From NCBI GenBank assembly GCA_963743185.1, contig CAVUOT010000006.1, positions 370,107 to 434,106 of the forward strand: a stretch of DNA of 64,000 bases, written 5' to 3'. The position numbers were made by a program, and so were the translations under genes. Of this stretch, positions 62,497 through 64,000 are shown piece after piece (within the stretch, counting starts at the first letter, position 1; each line of letters starts with the position of its first letter). The notes below the pieces were generated by a model. The model had not been told where the DNA came from. It did not search any database and saw only the letters and a list, made by a program, of their open reading frames with translations. The stretch is from an uncultured Chloroflexia bacterium (GTDB taxonomy: Bacteria > Chloroflexota > Dehalococcoidia > DSTF01 > JACRBR01).

Positions 62497-63765
62497 TCAA
62501 ACGGCGATCGCTTCTCGCTCGCGGCCGAGCAGCTCGCGATTCAGTTCGTCGAGCTCCGACTGATCCCGGTCGGCGCGGCTCCACAACAGCAGTGCCGGGA
62601 ACGCGATAATAGCCGTGATCAGCGCGAAGGTCAGGAACACAGCGCGCAGACCGAACTGATCAGCGACGATACCGCCGATCGGCTCGCAGATTGCGATCAT
62701 GACGCTCGCCACCACGCTCTGCACTGAGAGAATCGTAGCGCGCCGCTCGCTCGGGATCCGGTTGTTCACGTAAGTCGCGATGATTGGCGGCTGGAGGCCG
62801 GCGACCATCCCCATACCGAGGAAACCGGCCGCTGCCCACCTGTGGTCGATGCCTGCCAGCGTCAGGTTTGCCATGACGAGCATCACCGGGAGTGCGAAGA
62901 ACGCGCCGCGCTGCCCCATCCGCGCGACGAATTGATACGCCAGCAGTGCTGAGACGATGCCGACGCCGCGGATCGGCGCCTGCCACAGCCCCAGGTTACC
63001 GGTGCCGACGCCGTAGTGATTGAGGAGCGGCTGTTGAAAGATCAGCGGCGCGAACGTCACGGCGAAGACGATGCCGCTGTACAGGATGATGTAGCGCAGC
63101 GCCGCATGGCGCCAGACGTCGCGGAGGCCACTGACGAGCGTCTGTAGGTAACGCTCCTGAGACTCGTCGTGCTCACGCTCGCCCTCGTGCATCGAAAGCG
63201 CAACGGGCACAGCCAGAAGCGCGACGCCCGCGCTGAGCATGATCGGGAACGAGTAGGTGGTGGCCTCCGCGATCGGTGCGCCGATGAGGATCGCCAGCAG
63301 CACGCTTAATGACCGGAGAGCGGTCAGCCGGCTGTTGATCTTCTGGAACTCCTCGTCGCGTCCGACCGCCTTCAGGCTGTCGTACAGCAGCGCGACGTCC
63401 GCGCCGTTCTGGAACGTCAGCCCCAAGCCCCACGCTCCATACGACAGGAGGATCACCGGGTAGCTGTCGGCGATCGAGAAGACGAACACTGCTGTCGCGA
63501 ACAACGTGCTTCCGAGCACGAGCGACCAGCGCCGGCCAAACCGGTCGGCGATGGCGCCGGTCGGCACCTCAGCGAGGATTATCAGCACGAAGAAGGGTGT
63601 ATCGAGTAGCGCGATCTGCGTCAGCGAGAGCCCGCGCTGCTTCTGCAGATAGATGACCCAGATCGGCCACCACAGCTGAAACTCCATCAGGAAGCGATAC
63701 AGGTACGACTTCCCGATGTTGCCCTCGTAGGCCATCTCGTCGCGGACGCGTCCCAGTAGGTCCAT
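62497..63765 (-). CDS. MFS transporter
   Basis: EVPTGAIADRFGRR, ALLYDSL and RATILS. Confidence 0.9.
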   Translation of the reverse strand: MDLLGRVRDEMAYEGNIGKSYLYRFLMEFQLWWPIWVIYLQKQRGLSLTQIALLDTPFFVLIILAEVPTGAIADRFGRRWSLVLGSTLFATAVFVFSIADSYPVILLSYGAWGLGLTFQNGADVALLYDSLKAVGRDEEFQKINSRLTALRSLSVLLAILIGAPIAEATTYSFPIMLSAGVALLAVPVALSMHEGEREHDESQERYLQTLVSGLRDVWRHAALRYIILYSGIVFAVTFAPLIFQQPLLNHYGVGTGNLGLWQAPIRGVGIVSALLAYQFVARMGQRGAFFALPVMLVMANLTLAGIDHRWAAAGFLGMGMVAGLQPPIIATYVNNRIPSERRATILSVQSVVASVMIAICEPIGGIVADQFGLRAVFLTFALITAIIAFPALLLWSRADRDQSELDELNRELLGREREAIAV

Positions 63766-63812
63766 AGGTGTCGAGTATATCGATGCGGGCGGCGTGCCAG
63801 ACAGAAGAGATA

Positions 63813-63844
63813 GACAAAGGGGGCTCGCGTGAGCCCCCTTTGTC
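63813..63844 (-). terminator. Intrinsic terminator
   Basis: GACAAAGGGGGCTC-gcgt-GAGCCCCCTTTGTC. Confidence 0.8.
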
Positions 63845-63864
63845 AAGACTCGACAAACTAGGAG

Positions 63865-64000
63865 TTAGCGGAAGCTGCCGAAGCCGCTCGCCAGGTCTTT
63901 CAGCGCGTCAACAGGCCGATCGAACACAAAGACCCCGGGCGCCCAGCTGTGGCTGGCCGTCGTCAGCAGCCCGAGCACGATCGCCCACACCGCGAATCCC
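63865..64000 (-). CDS. 3' end of a membrane protein running in from beyond the window
   Basis: Open frame GFAVWAIVLGLLTT...GFGSFR* followed by the terminator. Confidence 0.55.
   Translation of the reverse strand, partial: GFAVWAIVLGLLTTASHSWAPGVFVFDRPVDALKDLASGFGSFR

Overview
High-GC chromosomal backbone, most likely from a Chloroflexota bacterium of the Dehalococcoidia type. That assignment is an inference from the nuo subunit style, the cofG/cofH/cofD F420 genes, cimA and monoderm-style surface proteins. About 20 otherwise intact genes carry 1-nt frameshifts, which look like long-read consensus errors rather than pseudogenes. Main content: GMC oxidoreductase, nfi, CDP-alcohol phosphatidyltransferase, a UGA-containing thiol oxidoreductase, KimA-like APC transporter, cimA, ybeY, two-domain multicopper oxidase plus cupredoxin, bcp, 7Fe ferredoxin, a nuoA-C-D-H-J-K-x-L-M-N operon, a NarL/DevR-type regulator, a two-gene surface-protein module, tRNA-Trp, cofG-cofH, ilvD, dnaJ, ECF sigma/anti-sigma/SIMPL, lepB, MerR, mug, prmA-rsmE, CDF transporter, cofD and MFS transporters. 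No CRISPR array, transposase or prophage gene was seen. Best leads: (1) a complex I-like operon cleanly lacking every Fe-S subunit (B, I, E, F, G); (2) a structured leader with promoter and terminator in front of the operon containing cofG-cofH, a candidate new riboswitch or attenuator; (3) a selenoprotein (W-U-G-C) hidden by the ORF caller; (4) an endonuclease V fused to a divergent pyrophosphatase domain; (5) an usher-less WxL/pilin-like subunit plus membrane-anchored chaperone-like pair; (6) a possible leader-peptide translational attenuator for cimA.
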